Notes: generated by a model from the letters alone, not told the origin. A stretch of 61,494 nt of DNA, filler included, from Circinaria calcarea (GCA_051942165.1; 20 parts of 20 records of this genome joined end to end with filler, not necessarily neighbours in it), one strand, 5' to 3'; counted from the first letter of the whole stretch, positions 12,258 to 24,696 are shown. Numbers and translations: made by a program.

Positions 12258-12357
12258 NNNNNNNNNNNNNNNNNNNNNNNNNNNNNNNNNNNNNNNNNNN
12301 NTTAATTAATTAANNNNNNNNNNNNNNNNNNNNNNNNNNNNNNNNNNNNNNNNNNNN

Positions 12358-14531
12358 CGCTGCCTCATCTTCTCCTGCTGCTCGACAATGGCATCCATCA
12401 GCACAATGACATGCCCGCCCTTGGAGTAGCGCAGCATGTTCAGATTCTGCAGCGTGTTCAGCACGTCGCCCGTCGTCATGGCGCTGAGGGTGCCGAGCTC
12501 CTCGATGCTGGCCTCGGTGCGGCCGTCGGTCAGCAGGTCGACAATGGTTTCCTGCCAGTAGGCGCGGTAGCCGAGGAGGCCGAGGTCGGAGAGCGGCTTT
12601 TCCGGGGAGCCGAGCTTGCCCTCGCGCTTGGAGAGTTCGTAGCTGAAGGCGATGAGGAGCTTGCCGTAGCCGCGGCGCTGGTACTGCGGCAGCGTGAGGA
12701 TGCAGGCCACGTTGTAGCCCTCGGCCGATTCCTTTTCCTTGCTGAAGTAGCCGACGAGGTGGCAGCCGTGCTGGTCGCGGGTGGTCATGCAGTAGAAGAG
12801 GAAGGGGTCGACGTCGTAGTAGAGGGTCTTGTGGTCGAGGAAGAGCTTCGACAGCAGGCAGAGGTTGCGGCACCAGACGCGCTGCCGGCGCCCGTCGATT
12901 TCGAAAAACGAGACGCCGTCGTCGCGGTAGATTTCGTTGCCGGGCGGGTGCAGCAGCGTGCACTTGGTCCGGTGCCGGCCAAACTCCCGCCCGGACGCAA
13001 AGTAGCAGAGGCAGAACTCGCAGACGTAAATCATGTCTTCCTCGGTGAAGGCGACGGGGTAGGGGCTAAAGTACCACGGCTCGAGTTCGTGCCGGCCCAT
13101 CTGCACGCGCGACAGGTTGCGCACGCGCGAGATTTCCGTCTGGTTCTGGGTCATGGAGCCGCCCGTGCGGAGTTTCTCAATCTCCTCCTCGCGCGAGAAG
13201 TTGCTCTGGGTGGTGGCTTTGGGGTCGATGGCCTTGGCGGCGGCGGCGGCGTCCTGGACGTCGACGAGGTCGAGCTCTTCGTCGTCGGGCTTGGGCGTGC
13301 CCTCGGAAATCTCGGGCGCGAGGACGGAGACGGAGTTGGAGCTGCCTGGCCGGTTTTCCTTGCCGCCGGCTAGGGAGGGCCGGCTGGGTTTGTTGGGGCC
13401 ATTGTTGCTGTTGCCTGTCAAGGGGGCGAGTTCCGGGGTCGAGGAGATTTCACGGGAGATGGCGGATGGGCGGGGGCGTTTCTGGCCGGCGGTAGATTTG
13501 GGGACGGTTTTGGGGGGTGGGGCGTTGGTCTTTTGGGTTTTCTTGGGAGGAGCTTCCGGTTGGGGCCATTCGACTTCTTGGGTGAGGTCGAGGCGGGAGG
13601 CGGGGACCCATTCTGTATTGGTTGTTAGGGGAGAGGATCGTATGGTTCAGGGTTAGGGATGCCTTACCATCCAGACGTTTGTTGAATTCCTCGTAGTGGA
13701 CGCTGAGAGACTGTCAGTGATCCAAGTCTTTAGCTCAGGATCGGGATGAGAAAAAAAGGCTCACTAGTAGTTTGGCTGGCCCTTTTTTGTCTGTATCGAC
13801 AAGATCTCTGCTTTGCGTTTCTCGCCATCCTTGTTTAGGTGTTAGCAATGCCCCTCGTTTCATAAGAGCAATTAGGTCCTAGGACGGGAAGCTCTTTACA
13901 AAAGAACGAGAAACTCTATCAAATGAACAATAAAAAAGCTCGCATATCACATCTTTCATACCTGGCAAAAGAAGAAAAGACCGACGCCAGGAGCCTAACA
14001 AGTAACAAAAATAATAAGAAAAAACATACAACAGCTGGTATTCGCTGGTGGTCACCCACCCAACTACTAATCAGCCGATCTCAAGCTTATGTATGGCAGA
14101 GCGGACGGGATGCCCAGTATTCTTGAGTCTATGGTCGTATGTGAAAGACAAGAATCATAAAACAGTAAATATTACACAACACTCTCACCAATCTACCCAT
14201 GCGCAAAGGGTGAACGGTCGCAAATCGCAAAAGCAAAGGAAAAGAAACAAACAAGTGAGCTTACTTTTTCGACAAACGCCTTCACCCCGATCCTGCGAAA
14301 CTCCAAGAGTCAGTTTTTTTTACTACTCTGCAAGAACCTACCCCCAAAAAGCCCGCACCTTTTTTTTTCTTTTCCAAAAGATCTAGCATACTTTACTTAC
14401 CGCAGTGTCTGAATCGTCGCCATGCCCCTCTCCTTTTCCTTTTCTTTTTCCTTTTCTTTTTCCTTTTCCTTCTCCGCCGCATCCGGCGTGCTGGTCCGGG
14501 TGTGATCTGGCGACGGATCTCGCGGTGCCAT
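12358..14531 (-). CDS. ESA1: MYST histone acetyltransferase Esa1, 3'-truncated; introns ~14293-14400, 13830-14264, 13703-13764 and a fourth below 13668
   Basis: Spliced chromo-barrel [20 protein letters not shown]...[19 protein letters not shown] motifs [46 protein letters not shown]. Confidence 0.95.
14024..14142 (-). rRNA. 5S rRNA gene (119 nt), within esa1 intron 2
   Basis: ACATACGACCATAG...CATCCCGTCCGCTCTG...TTAGTAGTTGGGTGGGTGACCACCAGCGAATACCAGCTGTTGTATGT followed by a T-run terminator; the 5' and 3' ends pair. Confidence 0.95.
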
Positions 14532-15444
14532 GGCTGGGGCTGTCCCAGAAGGTTGGAAATTCAGAAATACGGGTGTGAGTGTGAAGGGGGTTTTTGGATT
14601 TTGAAAATATTTGAAGATGGAAAAAATGCGCGCGGGGGAGATGGATGTTTGGTGGTTTGGCGACACGGTGAATTACGGATGAGGGTAGCGGGTGGCGTAC
14701 GGTAAGCGATTTGGGGTTTGGAAGAGATATTCTATCAGGTGTTTATTTTACCCCCCAAAAACGAGATGAGTTATCTCGCATTCACCTTCCTACGCATATA
14801 TTAGAATTTCGTTCTAGTCATATTTCATTCTCAACATACAAAATATCCACAACCCCCTTCCACCCCAAAACTCCCTGCACAAAACGTACCGCTACCCGCA
14901 TCCGCCACCACGGATTCTCTATTCCAACCTTTGACGCTCATTAATCCATCAGCTTCCGCCTCTAGCCTTTGCGCACCGTGCCCACCTCCGCCGCAGCCCT
15001 CTACGCTGGATTTCTCTCCTACGACACCGGAGATGATGTTGTGAGGATGAATATCTGGTGGTAGTTGATTCAGATGTGGGCATGATGCGGACTACACGGG
15101 CTGGAGGCGAAAGGGAGAGGTGGGAGGGAAGATGGGGATACAAGGGGCAGCGGGAGTGGAGAAGAGGGAGAAAACAGGAAAGCGGGGATTCTGTGGAAGC
15201 AGAGAAGGTGAATTAGGAGCTGAAAGAAGTCAAGGATGAGGAAGGTGGAGCTGTTGCAGAAGCTTAAGGTGGGCAACGGATAAAGGCTGTAGAATATCAG
15301 ACTCCGTTCCGTTCTGCGGCTATACGATATACGAGGATTAATCCNNNNNNNNNNNNNNNNNNNNNNNNNNNNNNNNNNNNNNNNNNNNTTAATTAATTAA
15401 NNNNNNNNNNNNNNNNNNNNNNNNNNNNNNNNNNNNNNNNNNNN

Positions 15445-16419
15445 TACTCCAGCAGCCGATTCAAGAATCTTTTGCTGAATGTCATACATTTGTTTCGCCA
15501 TGGATATAGCCGCAGCTCGCAAACTGTCCTGCCTTTTCTTTTCCTCGACCTCCGGTGCTACTGGTGGATGGGAAGTATACATTTCTCGACTTAGATTCGT
15601 AATCGCCGCATTATGGATTCGAGTAGCTTCTTTCGATGATAACCCGTAGCCACCAGAACTCCCAAGCCCAGGTTGCTTGGTTGACGGCCTATTTGCAACG
15701 GTAGCTGCGTTGAGCGCGTTCGCGGCAGAGTTTGCAGAGTCAGGATACAAGCTCGCGACTGTTGGGGATGATCCAGATCGCTTCCTACCGGACATGGCGC
15801 CTGTAGCCGCCATCAAGGCCTTGTTAGTGCCGTCGGCGGTATATCCGTAGTCAATCTGTGGGCTCAAATTCTTGTTGCGCATAGCTTGTCCCGCTGCTGA
15901 ATTGCCAGCCTTTGTCGCTTCCGGCCTCCATATTTCAACATTCCCTCCGTGATTCGCAGCAATAAGCGCAGCTTTGGATCCTGCAGCACTCATCTCCGGA
16001 TGCCATAGGGGTGCAGGTTTATAGTCCTTGGCTAACATCGCTGCTTTACTTGCAGGTGCCGATGACTCTGGTTTCCAGTATTCGAACGATTTATGGTTTG
16101 CGTTTGCCAGACTAGCAGCTGCACCTGCGGAGGATTCCGTATTGGTAACTCCTACCGTCGGAAACGAGGGCAGATCGCGGGGACTTGCGTATCGAAGGGA
16201 GGTTGCGGCGCCTAGGAGAACATGAGAAAGACTGATATTAGCAGTGCAGAACGATCACTTACCTGCCGACGACAGCTTGTTGTCCGCATCGAGAGGAAAA
16301 CTACTCTTCGGCTGTTTATGTGCGTTTGTTACGTAGAGCGCAGCAGTCGCGGCTTGGTCTTCAAGCTTTGGTGGGACATTCGCCTTGGGATTTGTCGCAG
16401 TTTGGGTCGCAGCATCCAT
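15445..16419 (-). CDS. Eisosome protein 1-like, N-terminal part
   Basis: AATAALYVT...KLSSAG/AATSLRYA...WKPESSAPASKAAMLAKDY...LRAAAISMAKQMY, an Ala-rich repeat pattern recalled from the Eis1 family. Confidence 0.7.
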
Positions 16420-16988
16420 ATCGATGGATAACAATGAGTATAGCTTCAAGGCCGCTAAATTTACTGGGAATTATGCGAAAGAACAATAGGATGGACTGAT
16501 AGAAATCCTTCGAGTAATGGATGTTATTTTATCGTCCGGACCGTCAGTCTGTTGGTCGCGCCAAACCCTCAAAATGCCAATATGGAGCCTACGGAGCTAT
16601 GACGTCGGCGGGCGTCTTGGCACACCAGATGATCAGTGCGCTTACAGTCTCTGGTTGGGAGAACAATTCGGTCGTGGCTTCACGGTTGCCTTCATGGCGA
16701 GACACAAACAAGTGAGTAAGTAAGCAATCATGGTGATAGAGACAAGCCAGCTATCTATCCCTCTATGCAATTGTTCTGAACGTGGTCCCGAATTATCATT
16801 ACTTAATGAGCTATACAGCGGAGTTTCGCTTGCTCATATTGATGGCTGTCCGCGAACGCAGGGTTTAGAGACGCTCTGAACAGCAGACCCATCGTGTTGG
16901 TTTACAACAGTGTTGATTTTCCAGACACTGCAGCCTTCATTTACCCAGTAGACACTCCTACATCTCCTCTCATTTCATTCATTGAGTC

Positions 16989-18063
16989 ATGGCTAGTCAC
17001 TCAGTGCCAGAAAGCCCTTTTAGTACTATCCTCAACTTCCGTGATGTTGGTCGAACGATCAACCAGCTCGTTGGTTTCCCCATGCTACGGGAGGGGCTAC
17101 TGTTTAGGAGTGCTAGAGTCCGTCCTATCGGCCAGACATTCTCAAAGAATGACACCTGAAATGAGTTTCAGCCAGATGATGCCTCCCTCAACGACAAAGC
17201 CGCTCTGACATCCAGCTACCACATCAAGCACATCATCGATCTACGCTCCAAGTAAACTGTTCCACGTCCCTAATCACTCCTTACCTGACAATATCGTTCA
17301 GGTCAGAACACATCGCCCAATCCCGGAGACACAGCTCCAACCCTCCTGCCTCCTCGGCCCTCGCCCCAGACACCAATGCCTCGACTGCTTCTTCTCTCCA
17401 AATCCCCGGCATCACGTATCACCTCATCAACCTAAATGGCTCCTCCTTCGAGCGGGCGTTGCTCTGGAAGCTAAAATGGAGCAGTATGATGTCCGTTCCT
17501 CTCCCGTACTTCTCGTCCCCTACCCAACTAACATCCCTCACCTACTCAGGAAACTACTCTACCTAATGGCACGCGGCCACCGAACCCCCGCGATCTCCAT
17601 CCTCGGCACCGAAGTCATGGCTCCACGCGGTCTCTTTGGCTTATGCTGCGACACCTTGACCCACAGTACCTCCGAGCTGCTCTCCCTCTTCCACATCTTC
17701 TCGCAGCCCGCCTCCTACCCTATCCTCATTCATTGCACGCAAGGCAAAGACCGCACGGGCGTCGTCGTGATTCTCCTTCTCTTGCTCTGCGAAGTACCGG
17801 TGGCGGCCATCGCCAGCGATTATCTAGCGAGTGAGAGGGAATTGCAGCCGGAACGGGGGGAGAGGTTGGAAGAGATCAGGGCGATTGGACTGACGGATGA
17901 GTTTGCAGGGTGCCAGGAAGGATTCGTGGAGGGAGTTGCGGAGTTTCTACAAGAGGAGAGTGGAGGGGTAGAGGGGTATCTGGAGAAAATTGGTGTGGAG
18001 AGGGAAGAAAGAAAGGAGGTGAGAAGGTATTTGATGGTTGGCGGGGATGACGGGACGATATAG
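16989..18063 (+). CDS. Tyrosine/dual-specificity phosphatase (Y_phosphatase3 family), multi-exon
   Basis: ILNFRDVG, LFRSAR, IIDLRS and catalytic HCTQGKDRTG. Confidence 0.88.
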
Positions 18064-18531
18064 GAGGGAACGCTGCAGAGGTGCCGTTCGCACAAACACA
18101 TCCCCTGCAGTTTTATCATTCTACAGATTCCCACCATATCACCATCCTGGCTAGCAGAAACTCCTCCAATGCCTGTGCCAACTCTAGGTGACTCAAGTCC
18201 CGCAACGGCCCAAGAAAACCCTAATCTAGCCCTCAGTCCTCCATCGAAAGTTCGAGCCAAAGTTCTAGACACATGATACCTGTCGGGCGGCCGCCCGAAC
18301 GGTCTATTGGGCAGATATACCTATACGAAAACCCCCTCTTAGGGATGTGGTAGCATCTGCACTTTAGCTTGTTTGATAAATGGAATCACCATAAATCTTC
18401 TTCATACCGACTACCTGCGCTCTGGCTTTTTNNNNNNNNNNNNNNNNNNNNNNNNNNNNNNNNNNNNNNNNNNNNTTAATTAATTAANNNNNNNNNNNNN
18501 NNNNNNNNNNNNNNNNNNNNNNNNNNNNNNN

Positions 18532-19331
18532 TTCCATGCTATACTGCATGCTTATTCCATGCTATGCTGCATGCTCTTTCCGTGCTATATAGTATAGCAC
18601 GGAAAGAGCATGCAGCATAGCATGGAATAAGCATGCAGTATAGCATGGAAAGAGCATGCAGTATAGTATGGAAAGAGCATGCAGTATAGCGTGGAAAAAG
18701 CATGCAGCATAGCATGGAGCATAGCATAGCGAAAACACGCGGCATAGCATAGCGAAAACACGCGGCATAGCATAGCGAAAACACGCAGCATAGTATAGCT
18801 GGCGGCATAGCATGGAAATGGCACGTAGCATAGCACACAGCATAGCATAGCACGCAGCATAGCATGACTCGCAGCATAGTATGGCTCGCAGCATAACATA
18901 GTATAATAAGAAGCATAAAATAGCATAAGCTCAGCATAAAAGTTAGTACGCTACGCTGAATGTAATAGATTATTTTCCTATTCGAGCGAAAAACTAGGCC
19001 CGTCTGAGCGAAAAACTAGGCTCAATTGAGCAAAAAACTAGACTCGATTAAGCGAAAAGCTAGGCTCGATTAAGCGAAAAGCTAGGCTCGATTAAGCGAA
19101 AAGCTAGGCTCGATTAAGCGAAAAGCTAGGCTCGATTAAGCGAAAAACTAGGCTCGATCGAGCGAAAAATTAGGCCCGATCGAGCGAAAAATTAGTCCTG
19201 ATCGAGCGATAAGCTGAACCTAATAAGGTAATTTTTGCGGCCAGAGTGAGAACATCGCAAAATTTTGGTTCGGTTCGGAAAATCTTGCGCCGAAGTTAAA
19301 CCCTTCCACTCATTCTTCGTTTCAGGGCATT
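18532..19331 (-). repeat. Dispersed repeat copy A: (ATGCT)n-type satellite, ten 22-bp tandem units and a conserved terminal block
   Basis: Reverse complement matches 36133-36911; unit GCGAAAAGCTAGGCTCGATTAA x10 at 18986-19205. Confidence 0.9.
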
Positions 19332-20416
19332 GTTGCAAGCGCACTTAGGGCTTATCCGGTAAGCTGAAATCGATTTCAGTAGCTTAATTACTTCCCACTA
19401 TTTCATTAGCCCTTCGGAGCGCGAGACGAAGTCGCAAAGCAAAGTCCAAGGAAGGCTAGAGCGTGGCAAGCCTCGCAGTGAGAGGCTCTCACTGCGGCGA
19501 TGCGGCTGGTGAGGTTACCAGTACGGAGTACGTCGAGAGGAGAAGATAGTATTCGGTCTTAAATGGTTGTGATTTCGGTCTAGATCAATCAGGCCGACAG
19601 TACCACCATACCTGGTGTTGTATTCTGCAAGCATGTTTATTCTACTGCTGTCGTATAATGGGCCTTCAAACGAGGTTCCAAGGTACTATCTATGTAGTAG
19701 AGGATGACTCTTGCAGAGAAACTTCTAGCCTCCGACAAAGTCATCGGGTCTAAGATAGTCTGATTGAAAGTAGATTTAATTCCGGGCCTCCGTCCAATTG
19801 ATCTGTCGAGAGTCTCTGCCCAGCCGAGTTCAACCATGTTGCAGCACAGGGTATTGGCTATTGTGGGATCTGGTTAGGTCTTGGTAAACGTATCCCCTTT
19901 TCAGCTCAACGCCCTCACAGTCCTCAACCTCCTTTGACGCGAGATGACTGGAAGTAACAAGGACCATGCGCCTCGTAAGTCTTGATTCTATGGCTTACAA
20001 TTTGTTCAGCATCTAGTATTGTCCAAGGCAGAAATCTAAGCACCTCATGCCTACACTGTATTGGGCTGGGCTAGCATATGCGGCATCATCTCCGACACAG
20101 AATTAGGGTCGCTTCACGGAATATTGCGTTCCTGTTATTTATCAGAAATCAAGCACGCTAAGCCAGGGGCCCGGCAGAGCTCTGCCAGCCACCCCTACTT
20201 AGTACAGTAGCCAGGGGAGTCGCGCTAGCGTACTCCGGTATAAAGCATAGCCTGCGGCCTCTTTTTACGTAGCAAGCAATCAAGCGTTCAACCACATAAC
20301 TCTAACATTATTGATAATAATATTTCCTCGTTCCCTTTATTTCCCATCAATATAAAAACTCGACCAGGCTGCATTCAGAAAACCTTCGCTTTATTCACCT
20401 GTTCTCCCTCCTCGAC

Positions 20417-21383
20417 ATGAAGAATTTCATTTGTTATTTACCGTTACTTGGTTATATCGCACTCGGAAAGGTACATCACACCCGAGTCTCTCGGTAAAAT
20501 TCCCTTACTGTAGCTAACTCCCTCCTCAGGCACAGTCCATCTGCACGCTTGATATTGCAAAACCTCTTGACTCCGGCCCCGGTGGAGGCGGTCCGGGCCG
20601 TAATCCAAACACGTATGGAATCGACATAATCGCGACTATTGGGGGTGGAAATTCCGGGGGATCGGGCGGCGTAATCGGTGCACGCGACATCTTCGCTGGT
20701 GTCGTTGAGCGGAAACTACGTCTTCGTCAGGGGAACGACCTTATCTGTACTAGCCCAACTGTCTTTCTTTCTTCTGGGACTCTCCAAGTGTGAAAAATTT
20801 GTTCGGCCTCAGCTAAAACGTACCCTTGATTTTTAGGTAATAGCGACGAGAGATGTTTCTCACTACGCGGCATCCCTTTATGCGCTAACCCCCAGTACGT
20901 ACTGCCCACTTCCATTTTCCGGTTCTGTCACAACCAAGCCAACTTCTCTTGGCCCCCAAAAACACAACCTGACCCCTTATCATCAGGACCAAGGACTGGC
21001 GCGATGGAGAAGGCGACAGCGGAAACCTTGACACCGGCGTCTACACTCTCGCCGACGGTCGCACGGGAAATCTATACACCGGCTCCTACCCCAGTGGAAC
21101 TGCAGTCGCGACCGTAACGACGGCCACGGACGGAACCACCGCGCTTGCTACCACTGGACCTGGATCTGTAGCTGCAGCCGCAACGGAAACGATCCAGGCC
21201 GCGAGTACGCAGAGGTCTGAGTTACGGGTCGCGTCAACAACTGTGACTGGCGGGTCACCTGGGGCGGTGACGCAGATAGCGTCGGCCACGCCGGCCGGGA
21301 ATAAGGGGAGTGGATACGAAGGATTGAGGAATAGGATGTTGGTTATTTTGGGTGCGGGGGTTGGGGTTGGGATATTACTATAA
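20417..21383 (+). CDS. Small secreted, probably GPI-anchored protein (3 introns)
   Basis: MKNFICYLPLLGYIALGK/AQSICTL...C...CFSLRGIPLCANP/...GVYTLADGRTGNLYTG, then a Thr/Ala-rich stalk and hydrophobic C-terminus MLVILGAGVGVGILL*. Confidence 0.7.
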
Positions 21384-21725
21384 ATGAGTGCTCGACACCA
21401 ATTATCCTCAGCGTTTTACTAAACTTTTAGAAATTATCAATTTTTTTTATTAAATCACCAAATTAATAATAATATAAGATAACGGATAAAATACTTCGTA
21501 TAAAATATATATAANNNNNNNNNNNNNNNNNNNNNNNNNNNNNNNNNNNNNNNNNNNNTTAATTAATTAANNNNNNNNNNNNNNNNNNNNNNNNNNNNNN
21601 NNNNNNNNNNNNNNGCACGAAATATGGCTGTGAAATGTGTATATATAAGTGCCCGTGTAAAACACTTATGGAATACTAAGGGGTTATGCTGAGTACGTGT
21701 GGTGTGGAATTAAAAGTTGCGTGTG

Positions 21726-22216
21726 CAGGGTCGCCAATAGTCCAGCAATCCGGACTGAAGTAATAGTCCACAGTCCAGGGTAGCTGGACTACACTAACAA
21801 TCCAGTCCAAAGATATTAAACTGGACTGGATTGGCAGTCTGGACTACAGTTTACAGTCCAGCCACTAATATCAATAGAAATTAGATACAGAAATTAGATA
21901 CAGGGGAAAATAGTAGGGAGCTTTCGGAACTCTGATTTTCCGGCGAATTTAAGCTTTAAACTAGGCTTAAATAAACGCTTTTCGACGTCATATCGTGTAT
22001 TTTATAGAACCACCACACCAAAAGGCTCGTAATAATAAAATACTGCTATTAACGCTGTAATTATTCCCAAACTCCCAATTATAAAAGATTTTTTGATTTT
22101 TTTAAAATTTTCTTATTATATTATTCCTCTATTAATGTAAGTCTTGGCAGTCTGGACTAAACTGTCAGTTCAGCCCAATATACTGAACTGTACTGTTTGG
22201 ACTACTGGCGGCCCTG
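21726..22216. mobile_element. Non-autonomous hAT-type MITE (491 bp)
   Basis: TIRs CAGGGTCGCCAATAGTCCA / TGGACTACTGGCGGCCCTG (17/19 match); imperfect 8-bp TSD TGCGTGTG / TGCGTGGT; subterminal AGTCCA/TGGACT motifs; AT-rich core. Confidence 0.8.
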
Positions 22217-22421
22217 TGCGTGGTTTATATTACATATCATGTTGGAGGGAGACTCTCGGGGGATGGATGGAAATGGCTGAGATACTGGTGCGCAAAAAAA
22301 GAACGCGCTCAATTAGCAAAAATCCGCCCCCTTTTTCGCTATTTCCAGCAAAGCCTTTTTTTTTTTTTTTTTTTTTCAAAGAATCAATCCATAGGAAAAT
22401 TTCAAATATGTCGGATTTCAA

Positions 22422-24596
22422 TCAATTTAACACCGACTCATCAGATGCCCATTCCGATAGAATATAAAAGATGTTCCAATTCCGGCTCCACTTTGCCGCT
22501 TCGAGAGCGCAGCCAAAAGATCCCCCGCGCGCATTGACTCGAGCCCCTTTCCCCAGCAGTAGCCGGACGATATTCTCGTTGCCCCCTCGAGATGCCGCCT
22601 GCAGCGCGTTGCCATAATATCCACCCAAAGCGTTCACATCAGCCCCTTTCTCGAGCAATAAATCGACTGTACTTTCGTGCCAATATCTCGAAGCCGCCTG
22701 CAAGGCATTGCCGAACTGACCGCCTTGCGCGTTGACGTCGGCACCCATCTCTATTAGCGTTGGAACATATTGGGCAAGGTTTTGGGTCAAAGCCGCCTGG
22801 AGCGCGTTACCGTAGTATCCGCCTTGAGCATTGACGTCGGCGCCGTGCTCAATCAACAGTGAGACGATATGCTCTTGGTTACCCACGAAAGCCGCCTGCA
22901 GTGCGCTCTCGTACTCGCCCCCTCGACAGTTGATATCAGCACCATGCTCCAGTAAGAGCCGCACGACCTTCTCATATCCTCTTACCGCTGCCGCCTGCAG
23001 CGAATTGCCGTAGTAGCCACCAATCGAGTTGGCATTCGCTCCAGTCTCCAGTAGTTTTTTAACCATGTCCAGTAGTCCTAGATAGGACGCATAGTACACT
23101 GGACGGCCGATTTCTGTCAAGTCTAGTTCCATTTCTTGCCCATACCATGGTCTATCAGGCTGAAATACTCGTAGCCAGTTGTAAAAGCTCGAATCTCTTG
23201 TTTCATCCAACAGCCGAAAGATCATTGTATTCAGTGTCTCCTGGGAGTTCATTTGTACTATCCGAGCGTGTTTATACCAGTTTTCAGCTGCATAACAGAG
23301 CAGCGGGAAATCCTTTAGAGGTTGGCAAACCAGCGAATCGGGCCTATCGAACGATAGGAGATAAGTACAACAGATCTGAGCCATGCTTCTATGTGCGGAT
23401 ACTTCCATCAGGTGAAAATTAGCCCCAAAGCCTCTCTTGATGCGGTCCGAGAGAAGATATTCCTTCACGGAATAGTGTGCAAGTCGCATCTCCTTTGTCG
23501 TTTCCGAGAAAACAACAAGACTGGAGCAGACTGTCAAAATTTCATAGGGGTCGAAGAGCCGGTCAATCTCTTGGAAGATGCTACATCCAGGTTTCACCGC
23601 AACTGCTTCAGCTACTTCCTCAAGACGTAAGGGCCTTTCTGAAAAAGCCAGCCATTGAAGCGCAGTAAACGCTTGTGTCCGATAATCCTCCGGCATGTTC
23701 AACAGAATTCGGCCATAAGTTTCATCCAATGTCTTGGGTAGAGTTTTGAGGGCTGTCAGAATGGCTGATGGGCTTAAGCAGGTGCCGAGAACCTCTAGCT
23801 GACAAGCAACCCAGCGGAACCTTTCAACAACAAATCAGCGCTCATCCAGAAAGTGAATATACTATGAATGAAAATATCCTCGTTACATTCCATGAGCCCC
23901 ATCTACTAATGATTGCTCGATCTCTCTCTTGACAGATTCGGGCCGTTTCTTTAACTTTGGGTCTCGCATCAGGCGCTTTTGGATGAATAATCTGATATCG
24001 TCCTCCGTTGGTGCGTCTTGAACACACAAGCTATTTGTTGTGATGTCTTGGAGTCCCGCTACAAAATCCTGCTCTTTGCGACTCGCCACCAAAATACTCG
24101 CATTATTGGCCTTCTGATTCGCGACCTCATTAATGAAGTTTAATAAGTCTTCCCTCTCGGTACATTCGTCCAGAGCATCTATCACGAGGTAAACCCGTCT
24201 AAAGCGTCTGATTAAAAGGAAGAAAGTCTCCATGAGACTGGACAGATTAGGTTGCTGCTGATGTCTTGTACTCTCGTCATACAGTCTTTGGATCTCCTCT
24301 GGCAACTTGACCTTTTGGCCGGAGAGTTGCGCAAGTATTGAGCGCAGTAATCCCTCTAATCTCTGCTTCCTCTCGTCATTGAAGTCAAAGTAATAGTAGG
24401 CATACCCATCAGTAGAGTCGCCACTGCAGAGAGCCTTCACGTGTTCAATGACACTGGAGCATAAAACAGTTTTGCCGCATCCGGGAATACCGTAGAGCCA
24501 GAAGATACCGTTCGTGTGTTCCAGCCAGGATTTGAACTCCTCCGACTCTAGAAACCAGTTACCAGTCATGGGTTCATGCTTGGCGTATGCCGCGGT
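22422..24596 (-). CDS. NACHT-ankyrin repeat protein (fungal NLR-like), 5'-truncated; intron ~23822-23885
   Basis: Walker A GIPGCGKT, Walker B LVIDALDEC, LAHYSVKEYL, about seven GGYYGNALQAA-type ankyrin repeats. Confidence 0.92.
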
Positions 24597-24696
24597 NNNN
24601 NNNNNNNNNNNNNNNNNNNNNNNNNNNNNNNNNNNNNNNNTTAATTAATTAANNNNNNNNNNNNNNNNNNNNNNNNNNNNNNNNNNNNNNNNNNNN

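Noticed and set aside
12310..13656. Long alternative-frame and antisense ORFs over esa1
   Set aside because: Expected by-product of high GC3; no recognisable motifs.
18986..19205. 22-bp array as a CRISPR
   Set aside because: Head-to-tail repeats without spacers, no cas genes, eukaryotic context.
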